Shown in pieces: positions 39,621-48,477 of a stretch of 64,000 bases of DNA. The position numbers were made by a program, and so were the translations under genes. Origin of the DNA: a virus (lineage: Duplodnaviria > Caudoviricetes); the IMG/VR virus record IMGVR_UViG_3300035396_000186, positions 1 through 64,000 of that record. One strand, given 5' to 3'. Within the stretch, counting starts at the first letter, position 1; the number at the start of each line of letters is the position of its first letter. Under the pieces are notes generated by a model, which was not told where the DNA came from, did not search any database, and worked only from the letters and a program-made list of their open reading frames with translations.

Positions 39621-40154
39621 TTAACTTACTTCTAAAATACGAATCTCACATGATTTACCAGGCTCACATACAGCCCATAATTCAACTGCTGCAGTATCTT
39701 TAATATCTAACATTACTTCTTCTCTTTGATACTTAGGATAGCCGTTTATGTACGTTACAGAGCTATTCCCTATGAATATAGTATTTATACCCAATACTCT
39801 TACTGAAATACCATTTCTATTAGTAAGAGGTATAGCTGGTATCTTTTGTGCTACATCAGTAACTACCATTGTAGTATTTTTTAATCCAGCAGATAAACCA
39901 CTAGTTGAAACAATACCGCCAATAATATTAACATCTAACCCAGTTTTAGTTAGTATATTACTGACTGATACATAATGACCAGAACCATCACCAATCTTAA
40001 TACTATCATCAATATCTGATATAATAACTTCAAACTTACCACCTTCGATAGTAGCAATTGCATCTGTTCTTAAACGATCGGTATCGTTCTCAAACACACG
40101 TTGAAGAATTTGTTGTAGATCTAAAGAACTTCTATTTGGATTGGGAGAAGCCAT
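39621..40154 (-). CDS. Virion-associated hypothetical protein
   Basis: 177 aa in the late operon. Confidence 0.55.
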   Translation of the reverse strand: MASPNPNRSSLDLQQILQRVFENDTDRLRTDAIATIEGGKFEVIISDIDDSIKIGDGSGHYVSVSNILTKTGLDVNIIGGIVSTSGLSAGLKNTTMVVTDVAQKIPAIPLTNRNGISVRVLGINTIFIGNSSVTYINGYPKYQREEVMLDIKDTAAVELWAVCEPGKSCEIRILEVS

Positions 40155-40165
40155 TTAAACTCCTC

Positions 40166-40447
40166 TTATGCTATACGTTCAGAATAAAGCATTAAATTTC
40201 TTGTTCCATCAGTATAGACATTTCTTACTTGAAGAATATCAACTCGAACATTCTCATCGTTTAGTTCTGAATATGAATATACTTCAGTATCATTAGCTAT
40301 TGTAGTTGTAGTAATTGAAACTGATATCCTACGTCCTACTAAGCCAAAGACCCAGCCTTCTACACTGATAGCACCAGCTTCTCCATATATTTTACGGAGT
40401 ACCTGTGTATGATCATAATCTGTTGTTTGTTTGAATGTTTGTGACAT
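40166..40447 (-). CDS. Virion-associated hypothetical protein
   Basis: 93 aa, AGGAG SD. Confidence 0.55.
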   Translation of the reverse strand: MSQTFKQTTDYDHTQVLRKIYGEAGAISVEGWVFGLVGRRISVSITTTTIANDTEVYSYSELNDENVRVDILQVRNVYTDGTRNLMLYSERIA

Positions 40448-40459
40448 ATTAACTCCTAA

Positions 40460-40762
40460 CTATTTATCGGATTTGGCATCATCTTTAGATTTTTCACCTA
40501 AATCAATTGTTTTACCATCACCTTGCATTTTTCTACCAAAATATAGAGCACTCATACCGAATAATACATAAATACTAGATTGTAGATCTGGACTACCAAA
40601 TAAGTTAGCTAGTTTATTAATTAAAGCCAACTGAACTTGAGCAAACGCTATAAGCATCATAGTTAATGATACTGAAGGTTTACCTGTTAGTGGATCACGA
40701 ATAAACGGTAGAGGTACACCAAGTCGATTTAATTTGTCCATGAATTCTTTGAACTTTTCCAT
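40460..40762 (-). CDS. Two-TM membrane protein (holin-like)
   Basis: GTGAGG SD before MEKFKEF; two hydrophobic helices, charged tail. Confidence 0.55.
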   Translation of the reverse strand: MEKFKEFMDKLNRLGVPLPFIRDPLTGKPSVSLTMMLIAFAQVQLALINKLANLFGSPDLQSSIYVLFGMSALYFGRKMQGDGKTIDLGEKSKDDAKSDK

Positions 40763-40840
40763 AAAAATCCTCACTTTATCTATAATAGAGTTGTTATTAT
40801 TGAATATCAATAAGTATTATTTATCTAACTAATAAATCGG

Positions 40841-40869
40841 TTGACTTTACTATTTTTCTAATGTAATCT
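40841..40869 (+). promoter_or_regulatory. Sigma70-type promoter of the counter-oriented island
   Basis: TTGACT-17-TAATCT. Confidence 0.6.
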
Positions 40870-40975
40870 ATTAGTGAGCATGGGAAGATCTAACCCGTCA
40901 TATGATCCGGTGTTGATATCACTAGTTACCCAAATATCCCTTGTGCATGAGGTTACATGCACTTTTAGGAACATT

Positions 40976-41215
40976 ATGAAATATACTGAAGAACAATTAG
41001 ACCTATTACAAGAACTTATAGCTGATGAGATGGAACGTCTTGTATCTGCAACTAATCAAAGTAATAGAGTATTAACTGAAGAAGAAGTTCGTATATTATT
41101 AGATTTAAAAGTAGATTCGGATGTAACTCCTGAGAAACACGAATGTGTGTGTAGTAGTTATCATCTATTCCAACGAGGTTGTACTTGTGGATTTATGAGG
41201 AAAAAGAATGTGTGA
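40976..41215 (+). CDS. Small Cys-containing protein
   Basis: AGGA SD before MKYTEEQL; HECVC...CTCG. Confidence 0.55.
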   Translation: MKYTEEQLDLLQELIADEMERLVSATNQSNRVLTEEEVRILLDLKVDSDVTPEKHECVCSSYHLFQRGCTCGFMRKKNV

Positions 41216-41465
41216 TCAATCAGATAAACCATTTACTAATGATTTACTAGATACTCTTGATGAGTTACATAAACAAGTTGAATTAATGAAGAATTGTCAT
41301 AATTGTAAACATTACTACTATTGTTGTAAGGGATTTCATCCAGCTAGAATGTTATGTACTAGGTCGTTAAAGTTATTACCCGGGATGCCTTTACCAACTC
41401 ATGTAGAATGTGGTGACTTTTGGGAGTTAAAAGTGTCAGAAAGTGACACTAAGGATATTATATGA
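41208..41465 (+). CDS. Small Cys-rich protein
   Basis: CHNCKHY..CC...C...C. Confidence 0.55.
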   Translation: MCDQSDKPFTNDLLDTLDELHKQVELMKNCHNCKHYYYCCKGFHPARMLCTRSLKLLPGMPLPTHVECGDFWELKVSESDTKDII

Positions 41466-41713
41466 GTAGTATATATGATCCAAATAAACTGAACTTTATT
41501 AGTTACAAAGTTACAACAGTATCTGGAAAAGAATATAACTGTATCTCAGTTATCGAGTTTCCTGCTTATTTTGATGAAAATAATGAACGATTTTATGATG
41601 CAGTATTAGAGAGAACAGCAAGCCTAATACATCACAGAATTGATGGTGAAAAGGCTATTATTTGTAATGGGAAAGTTGAATCTATCGAAATAATAAAGAC
41701 TTGGACAGCATAG
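41462..41713 (+). CDS. Hypothetical protein, tandem paralogue A
   Basis: YKVTTVSGKEYNC..VIEFPAYF...VESIEI. Confidence 0.65.
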   Translation: MSSIYDPNKLNFISYKVTTVSGKEYNCISVIEFPAYFDENNERFYDAVLERTASLIHHRIDGEKAIICNGKVESIEIIKTWTA

Positions 41714-41737
41714 AGCATTTTAGAATGGAGTAACTTT

Positions 41738-42001
41738 ATGATTAAATTACCAGATGGATGTAACTCGTATAAAATAGAATATACTATATCTACTGTTTCT
41801 GGAAAAGAATATTCATGTTCAACTATAGTAGAGTTTCCAGCTATTTTTAAGATGAATACCAATAAACTACATGATGACTATTATACTTTGTATGAAAAAT
41901 TACATAGTATATTGTTTCATACATCTAATGATAATAATATGACAACGATAATTAAAAGTGCTGTAGAGTCGATTACAGTATTAACCGTAATTAGACTATA
42001 G
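41738..42001 (+). CDS. Hypothetical protein, tandem paralogue B
   Basis: YTISTVSGKEYSC..IVEFPAIF...VESITV. Confidence 0.65.
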   Translation: MIKLPDGCNSYKIEYTISTVSGKEYSCSTIVEFPAIFKMNTNKLHDDYYTLYEKLHSILFHTSNDNNMTTIIKSAVESITVLTVIRL

Positions 42002-42102
42002 AATTTGAGGCTAATGTTAAATATTGAGAGAAATTTAAAGAAATTAACAAAATTTGAGTTAAAGCTAAAGTATTGAAAATAAATTAAAGGAGTTAACATA
42101 AT

Positions 42103-42489
42103 ATGTCTCTAACATTTGAAGAATGGATCGAAGATACTTTAGTTAAATCGCCTTTTTATATGGAAGGAATCGATGAATCTGGAAAAGAATATGTTTCTTT
42201 TAAATATGCATATCTCGAAGAAATGTGGCAAGGTTATATTGAACATATGAAATTTATTTACGATTCACAACAAGCTATAATTGAAGAATTGGAATATAAA
42301 TTAACAGAATCTGTTCATGGTAAGGAAATGTTAGTTTCGACTTATGAAACCGAAATTCAAAATCTTGAAAAACAGATCAATAAAATGAAGTCATGTGATA
42401 ACTGTAAATTTTCTGATCCTCATATTATGTGTCATTATAGAAAAACATGTAAAAATAATAATCTAAATAATTGGGAGTTTAATAAATGA
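42103..42489 (+). CDS. Coiled-coil plus CxxC protein
   Basis: 128 aa, AAGGAG SD, SCDNCKF...C...C. Confidence 0.6.
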   Translation: MSLTFEEWIEDTLVKSPFYMEGIDESGKEYVSFKYAYLEEMWQGYIEHMKFIYDSQQAIIEELEYKLTESVHGKEMLVSTYETEIQNLEKQINKMKSCDNCKFSDPHIMCHYRKTCKNNNLNNWEFNK

Positions 42490-42680
42490 AGAAAGAAGAA
42501 TTTGTAGCTTTATCGGAATGGGATAAGATTAAAGAACTAATGTTATTACAACCTGCTGATGAAAAACAAGTTAAGTCTATTATGTTCTTAATTAACGTAT
42601 TTAGTGCTAATAGTTTAGGATTAATACAGAAGCAAGAATATGATAAAGTATTAGACAGTTATATGAAGTTTACGGAGTAG
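42486..42680 (+). CDS. Hypothetical protein
   Basis: 64 aa, ATGA coupling. Confidence 0.55.
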   Translation: MKKEEFVALSEWDKIKELMLLQPADEKQVKSIMFLINVFSANSLGLIQKQEYDKVLDSYMKFTE

Positions 42681-42785
42681 TATGTTCTATATTAATACGA
42701 TGGAAAGATTATTGTATTTCGATTTGTTTCAGACTATTGTAGTAGTTTTGTTTATGTATTTGTTATTGAGAAGGTTTTTGAAGTA

Positions 42786-42804
42786 GGAGGGAATTTCACC
42801 CTCC
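42786..42804. terminator. Hairpin between convergent transcription units
   Basis: GGAGGG-AATTTCA-CCCTCC between the island and the fibre gene ends. Confidence 0.6.
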
Positions 42805-42816
42805 AAATTAATTAGA

Positions 42817-45774
42817 TTAATCGATCGTTAATGTAAGAAGATTATTTGCAGAAGTTGTACTTAGCGCAATTGCTGATCCTGATATATTTCTACAAGTAAC
42901 TGCAACAGATGTTGTTTTAGTTACAGGATACCCACTAACATTGATTTGCATAGTTGGTGCTTCAAAATTACCAGCTTGAGTCGCTATTGCTACCCATTTA
43001 TTTTCAGCAACAGTTACTCCACCAATAACTAATTGTATAAACAATTCGTCTAAAGCCGTCCAAGCTGTTGATGCTGCAAGTTTAAATGTTGCAGATAAAC
43101 TTAATTTACCAGATCTAGGACAAGAATAAATTCCTGTTGTCTGATTGTATGCAGAATTTGAATCAGAAATTGCATCTTCATAGACAATAGTTGTCACAGT
43201 TCCATTTCCTGGAACTGATAATCCTGCATTAGTAGAATAAGCAGCATAAGATTGAGCATTAGCTGCTATAGTTTGTGGATTATTTATTTTTGTTATTTCC
43301 CACCTCGATAAATTACTACTGAGAATATCAGCAGTACCTACTTGAGTACTTGCCCATAGTTCGACATAATCATTCACTTTTAAATAAACTTGAATTGCAA
43401 ATTGTTGGGTTAGACTTGCTGTTGCCCACCTTGCTAGTACTTCTTTTAAATATACCCCGTTTTTATAAACAAAAATATTCACGGTTGGAGAAGAAGCAAA
43501 ATTGTAAATATATGCCATGCCGGTAATTGTATATAATCCAGTCTCCTGAATTTTAACTCTAGAATTTGCAGCATCAAAAGCGCCAGTCAGATCTCCAATA
43601 TTGGATGTATCTAAAGTAGATGTTAGTTTCGCCGGAGTTGTTGTTATGGATGATGCAGAAGACATCGCCATTGAAACGCCTATTTGTCTCCCTGGAGCAT
43701 CTTCACTTAGAACTAAATTAGATGACCAACCAACAACGGGTAATGTTAGTATTCCACCAAATGAATCACCATTATTGATTACGGAACCATCCAGAAGACC
43801 ACTCGATACAACACTAGTTGGTACTAGAAAATATACAGAAGTCGTAGTTCCGAATATAGCTATTGCTGAATATCTGACTCCTGATTTAAAAAATTCTGCA
43901 GCACCTAAACCCATATCATTTGTTGCTGACATTTTACTTGAATCTAGCGTAACTCCCGAAGGTAGCGTAATTGACACTGCGCCCGACCCCGGATTTGAGG
44001 TATAACTACACCTAAAGTTAATTTCTATTGAATCACCTACCCTGCGATAGTAACAATTATTCGATGCTGGAGTTACTGGAGTAAATGTTGGAGTATAAGT
44101 TTTCCAGTCAGTAACTACCGCTCCTTTAACTCTTGGAGTAGCAGGTCCTACTGAAATATTATCAACATAAACATTAAACGCTGTAGTTGTAGTTGTATTT
44201 ACAATAAAACGTAATTGATATTGAGTTCCTGTAGCACTAGATTGAGAATTAACTGCAATATGATTTACAAGCGTACTAGCATAGATATTAGCATCAGCAG
44301 GTTCTATGTATGCACTATTAGTTACATCATACAACTTCATTTGCATATAACCGTCTACGTAATTAGCATCACTAAATAAACCATCTAATGAAACTGCAAG
44401 TAACGAAGCTTTATAAGCATTGTCAATAGTAAATGTATTACTATAAACATATTGTCCATTTAAATTAGATGCAGCTTTATCAATTTTCATGCTATTAGCA
44501 CCAACTAATTTAGAAGTAGTATCTAATGATACAACTAAGCTACCAGAAGATGATGTCCAAAAGCTTGTTCCATTTGCAAAATTAGGATCTGATATATAAT
44601 TAATAATACTAGAACTAGATACTTCAACTAATGCATTATCAATAACTTGATATGTTTTCTTTTCATCAGTAGCAAATACTAATTGTCCATTAGCAGCAGT
44701 TGATGCATAAGTAACTAAGTTTGATTTAGTATCTTGTTTCATATCCAATCTGGTTGGAGTTTGAATTGACTTATTAGATAAAGCTTGTGAATCTGTTGTA
44801 CCTACTACATCACCAGTTGGAACTGCTTTTGTATTTGATATAACAATACCACTAGCATCTCTAACAAGAAATTTACTTGCATCTGTAAGATTAGTTTTTA
44901 ATGTAGATAAAGCTAAATCTTGAACTGTATTTAAATCACCATCAATAGTTTTATTAGATAAAGCTTGTGAATCAGATGTTCCAACTATATTTCCAGTAAC
45001 TCCATGAGCTGATGTTGCTGAAACGTGAGCATCATAACTACATTCTTTAACGAACTTACCCGAAGAGACATCTGTAGCAAATGTTCCTGAAGTATGAGCA
45101 ATAGCGCAACGATATATGAACTCATCAGTATAATATATAAAATCGTCTACTATATAAGATTTACCAGTTATCCATGCTGATATTCCTGAACCACCAGCTT
45201 TATATTCATTACCAGAAGCATCTTTTAAATATAATGCTCCATCACTTTTTACATAAAGTCTATTCTTTCCAGAAGCAGGATCTGCTGGAGTAGATATCTG
45301 ATCTAATAGTAATGAATCACTAAATTCTTTATTACTAAGAGATTGTGCATCAGAAGTTCCAACTACTGAACCTGTAACACCATGTACTCCAGAAGAAGCA
45401 CCAGTATGTGCAGTTAATGCTCCAGAAGAAGCAGTATTATTCAATTGTGTTTGGATATTTGATGATACACCATTTAAATAACTAAATTCAGTATTATCAA
45501 TAACTCCTGTTCCAAGTTTAGATACATCTATTGCAGCAGTTGCTGAAATATTACTATCTACAATGTTTGAGACAGTATTACTCGACATATCAATAGTTTT
45601 ATTTGTTAATGTAGCACTATGTGCTTCAGTAACGACTGGCGAAGCTGAAGTTCCATTATGGTAGTTTAATTTACCACTAGTTTCATCAACTTGCATTTCA
45701 CCTTTGGAGTTTAAACCTAATGCAGTAACTGCTTTAAGCTTAATTCCTAAAAAAAATTGTCTTAAACCTAACAT
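42817..45774 (-). CDS. Major tail fibre / receptor-binding protein
   Basis: 985 aa; three VVGT(S/T)D(A/S)Q(S/A)LSNK repeats, carbohydrate-binding-like INYISDPNF..G module, C1q-like distal repeats. Confidence 0.75.
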   Translation of the reverse strand: MLGLRQFFLGIKLKAVTALGLNSKGEMQVDETSGKLNYHNGTSASPVVTEAHSATLTNKTIDMSSNTVSNIVDSNISATAAIDVSKLGTGVIDNTEFSYLNGVSSNIQTQLNNTASSGALTAHTGASSGVHGVTGSVVGTSDAQSLSNKEFSDSLLLDQISTPADPASGKNRLYVKSDGALYLKDASGNEYKAGGSGISAWITGKSYIVDDFIYYTDEFIYRCAIAHTSGTFATDVSSGKFVKECSYDAHVSATSAHGVTGNIVGTSDSQALSNKTIDGDLNTVQDLALSTLKTNLTDASKFLVRDASGIVISNTKAVPTGDVVGTTDSQALSNKSIQTPTRLDMKQDTKSNLVTYASTAANGQLVFATDEKKTYQVIDNALVEVSSSSIINYISDPNFANGTSFWTSSSGSLVVSLDTTSKLVGANSMKIDKAASNLNGQYVYSNTFTIDNAYKASLLAVSLDGLFSDANYVDGYMQMKLYDVTNSAYIEPADANIYASTLVNHIAVNSQSSATGTQYQLRFIVNTTTTTAFNVYVDNISVGPATPRVKGAVVTDWKTYTPTFTPVTPASNNCYYRRVGDSIEINFRCSYTSNPGSGAVSITLPSGVTLDSSKMSATNDMGLGAAEFFKSGVRYSAIAIFGTTTSVYFLVPTSVVSSGLLDGSVINNGDSFGGILTLPVVGWSSNLVLSEDAPGRQIGVSMAMSSASSITTTPAKLTSTLDTSNIGDLTGAFDAANSRVKIQETGLYTITGMAYIYNFASSPTVNIFVYKNGVYLKEVLARWATASLTQQFAIQVYLKVNDYVELWASTQVGTADILSSNLSRWEITKINNPQTIAANAQSYAAYSTNAGLSVPGNGTVTTIVYEDAISDSNSAYNQTTGIYSCPRSGKLSLSATFKLAASTAWTALDELFIQLVIGGVTVAENKWVAIATQAGNFEAPTMQINVSGYPVTKTTSVAVTCRNISGSAIALSTTSANNLLTLTID

Positions 45775-45783
45775 ATATTCTCC

Positions 45784-46236
45784 TTATTTGGTTGGTAGTG
45801 GATACTTAGCTTTAACTGCCATACAAGCTTGAGCAATTGCTTCTAATTGTGAATTATCACCTAATGCTACAGATTTCATTAATGCATCAAGTTGATCTCC
45901 AATTTTAGCATATTCTCTTTCTCGTTTAGCATGACATACATCTAGAAGATAATCATAATCAGTAGTTAGATCTACTTTATTTATAATATAATCACAAGCA
46001 TATGAATATTTTCTCATAGGTATATCATCAACACTGATATCTTCAACTGAAACATAATCATCTTCGATTGTACTTTCAGCAACATTATCAGCATGGATAA
46101 TAATTTCTCTTGCTTTCTTTCCCCATGAATTTTTATCGATCTGATCAGCAACCCATAAATCACCATCTGACTCTTTCTCAAAACGTGCTCCATATTCGGA
46201 ACCGTTTTTCAAGTTTTTAATTTCATACTTAAACAT
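45784..46236 (-). CDS. Fibre-associated / chaperone-like protein
   Basis: 150 aa; KREREYAKIGDQLDAL...VKAKYP C-terminus typical of fibre-adjacent genes. Confidence 0.55.
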   Translation of the reverse strand: MFKYEIKNLKNGSEYGARFEKESDGDLWVADQIDKNSWGKKAREIIIHADNVAESTIEDDYVSVEDISVDDIPMRKYSYACDYIINKVDLTTDYDYLLDVCHAKREREYAKIGDQLDALMKSVALGDNSQLEAIAQACMAVKAKYPLPTK

Positions 46237-46378
46237 TTGAAACTCCTTTATTTGAAGGAGTAGTATTTGAAAGATAAATAGGGTAAAAATTTGATGAGCG
46301 AGGTATTTTGAACTACGTATTACCCGATTTAAACCAATTCTTCAACTTACTACCACTTCGGTTTAATCTTATATTGTA

Positions 46379-46867
46379 CTAATTGTTTAATACACTCAAT
46401 GCTCTAAATGATATAATTCCTGAATGGTTTATACCACTTATAGCTTCGGTTGTAAAAAACATTTGTCCATTATCGTGCATTATAAAAGTCATTTTAGCAT
46501 CACCAGCTCCACCACGAACTATTTCCCATTTGGAACCTGCTGATCTAGTATTATCATAATTTAATTCAAGTTGACCCATTTCTACTAATTCAGTTATTGT
46601 AGTTTTTCTATATACTGAATAGAAGATAGTGATTGCTCTTACTTCACTTACAGGGAAGAAAAGAGACGGCATTTCAACCTCACTAGAAGTTGGATTATAG
46701 GGATCAATGTTTTGTATTTGTGGTGCAACATCATAAGTCGATATAGCAGCATTTAAGGCTCCTTCTACAGCCTTAGCGAATGTAACCATAGCTGGTGCCC
46801 AATCTGGAGATTCACCACTTGTTGGAAATTCGATAACTGTACCTTTGATATTGACAGTGATAGACAT
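46379..46867 (-). CDS. Virion structural protein
   Basis: 162 aa, GAGG SD, preceded by the late motif. Confidence 0.6.
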   Translation of the reverse strand: MSITVNIKGTVIEFPTSGESPDWAPAMVTFAKAVEGALNAAISTYDVAPQIQNIDPYNPTSSEVEMPSLFFPVSEVRAITIFYSVYRKTTITELVEMGQLELNYDNTRSAGSKWEIVRGGAGDAKMTFIMHDNGQMFFTTEAISGINHSGIISFRALSVLNN

Positions 46868-46933
46868 GAATATACCTCGCTAAAAAATGCTCAAATATAG
46901 TTGTTAATTAGCGGATTTTACTATAGAAATGGC

Positions 46934-47194
46934 TTACTTAGATTCTCTACATATTCGTAGGAAGTTCTCACATAGATCAATGTAATAGTCACGGAAATGA
47001 CCACATGATTCTAAAGCTTCAACTTTTTTAACACAAGACTTATGTAAATCTAAACATTTATCTAGTTTAGCTGGAGCTTCTATAGGTTTAACTGATTGAT
47101 ATTCTAATCGACACTTAATAATAGCAGTAACTAAGGCAATAACGACCATAGTATACTTGATATAACGGATACTTAAGCTATATTTGTTCAACAT
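46934..47194 (-). CDS. Membrane-anchored Cys-containing protein
   Basis: TM segment then several Cys; last gene of the receiver-domain operon. Confidence 0.5.
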   Translation of the reverse strand: MLNKYSLSIRYIKYTMVVIALVTAIIKCRLEYQSVKPIEAPAKLDKCLDLHKSCVKKVEALESCGHFRDYYIDLCENFLRICRESK

Positions 47195-47750
47195 TTAATA
47201 TCCATCTATCTTCATTTGCTAGATTTTCATTCAATCTAGCACTAGTTATCTCGATTATCGGTATATTTACCTTATATTTTTTACATAATCGTTTAAGATG
47301 TTTTAATACAACACTATCAGCATAAAATCTCATAGAAAGAAATGGAAAGATCTTCGGTAATGCTGTAGCAATAGAGAATTTGTTTCTTAAGTTTAATTCT
47401 AAATCCATTTTATTGAACTCTATATTTAAACCATTAATCTGTTCTATTATATGAAAATCTGGGATAATATCTAGATTAGTTCGAACGTAAACTTTAGTAG
47501 TTCTTGGAACTGTTGATAGAAGAACATTTAATAAGTTTAAATCTATAAATGGTTCTCCTCCTGTAATAGTAATTGATTCATAATGACGTATTTGAAAATC
47601 GAATAAATTAATACACTTAAACGTATCTAATACTTCAGGTTTTGTGTTTAAACAATCTTCACATCGTCGAGTACATTTAGAAGTGATGAATAGTTTAGAG
47701 TGTAGTTTGTCAGTTTTGAATAAGAATAACTTGTCATTTTTATCATTCAT
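47178..47750 (-). CDS. Radical SAM protein (NrdG/QueE-like)
   Basis: CTRRCEDC (CxxxCxxC) and ITGGEPF. Confidence 0.85.
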   Translation of the reverse strand: MNDKNDKLFLFKTDKLHSKLFITSKCTRRCEDCLNTKPEVLDTFKCINLFDFQIRHYESITITGGEPFIDLNLLNVLLSTVPRTTKVYVRTNLDIIPDFHIIEQINGLNIEFNKMDLELNLRNKFSIATALPKIFPFLSMRFYADSVVLKHLKRLCKKYKVNIPIIEITSARLNENLANEDRWILNVEQI

Positions 47751-47992
47751 TCTGTATAACTCTTTCTCATAACCTTTCGGATATCATGTATCATATCCTG
47801 AGAGGTTCGATCTTTTAGATTATTAATATTATCTTTATATAATTCAAGAAACCATTTTTCACCATTTAGAAAAAAGTTTATCGAGTGTCCATAGCATAAG
47901 TATACTCTATGTTTAGGAAGTTGTCTACCATAGAACTGCATTAGTTTTCCAAGTTCGTCGCATAGTAAACATTTACCTACTGTATCACTCAT
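47747..47992 (-). CDS. Small zinc-finger-like protein
   Basis: CLLC...LCYGH. Confidence 0.55.
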   Translation of the reverse strand: MSDTVGKCLLCDELGKLMQFYGRQLPKHRVYLCYGHSINFFLNGEKWFLELYKDNINNLKDRTSQDMIHDIRKVMRKSYTE

Positions 47993-47995
47993 ACA

Positions 47996-48373
47996 TTATT
48001 TCTTACTTTCCTTATCTAAGAATTTTCTAACAATAGAAGCTATTGTTTCAGGAACAAAAGGTTTAGTTATCCATACTTTAGCACCTAGAGCTTTAGCCTT
48101 AGCTTTCATCAAAGGACTATATTCAGATGTTAAAAAGAATATATTTATATAACTAAATTCTGGATTTTTCTTAATAGTTTCACAAAACTTAACGCCATCA
48201 TCGCCAGGCATATTAACATCGAGAATCATTAAATCGATCTTATTGTGACTAATATACTGTAATGCATCAAGTGCGTCTTTAGCTTCAATAACATCTAATC
48301 CTTCTTTAACTAAAGCTTTTTTAAGAACGGTTCTAACGACTTCCGAATCATCAACGAGTAATATTTTATACAT
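47996..48373 (-). CDS. Stand-alone CheY-like response regulator receiver
   Basis: LLVDD acidic pair, ILDVNMP phospho-Asp, FLTS Thr, TKPF Lys; no output domain; AGGAG SD. Confidence 0.92.
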   Translation of the reverse strand: MYKILLVDDSEVVRTVLKKALVKEGLDVIEAKDALDALQYISHNKIDLMILDVNMPGDDGVKFCETIKKNPEFSYINIFFLTSEYSPLMKAKAKALGAKVWITKPFVPETIASIVRKFLDKESKK

Positions 48374-48391
48374 AGACTCTCCTGTGATTAT

Positions 48392-48420
48392 ATTATACTA
48401 GAACTATTAGATAAAGTCAA
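48392..48420 (-). promoter_or_regulatory. Sigma70 promoter of the receiver/radical SAM operon
   Basis: TTGACT-17-TATAAT on the minus strand. Confidence 0.8.
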
Positions 48421-48427
48421 CATAAAT

Positions 48428-48451
48428 AAAAAGCCCCTCAGAACGAGGGGC
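48428..48451 (-). terminator. Terminator after the major capsid gene
   Basis: GCCCCTC-GTTCT-GAGGGGC-TTTTT. Confidence 0.85.
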
Positions 48452-48477
48452 AAATCGTTGAAGATTTTTAGAGCAGA

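Noticed and set aside
42817-45774. Diversity-generating retroelement acting on the fibres
   Set aside because: No reverse transcriptase and no TR/VR pair with adenine-specific mismatches seen in the window
47178-47750. 7-deazaguanine DNA-modification pathway (QueE)
   Set aside because: No QueC, QueD, FolE or DpdA-like genes in the window; the radical SAM subfamily cannot be resolved by eye
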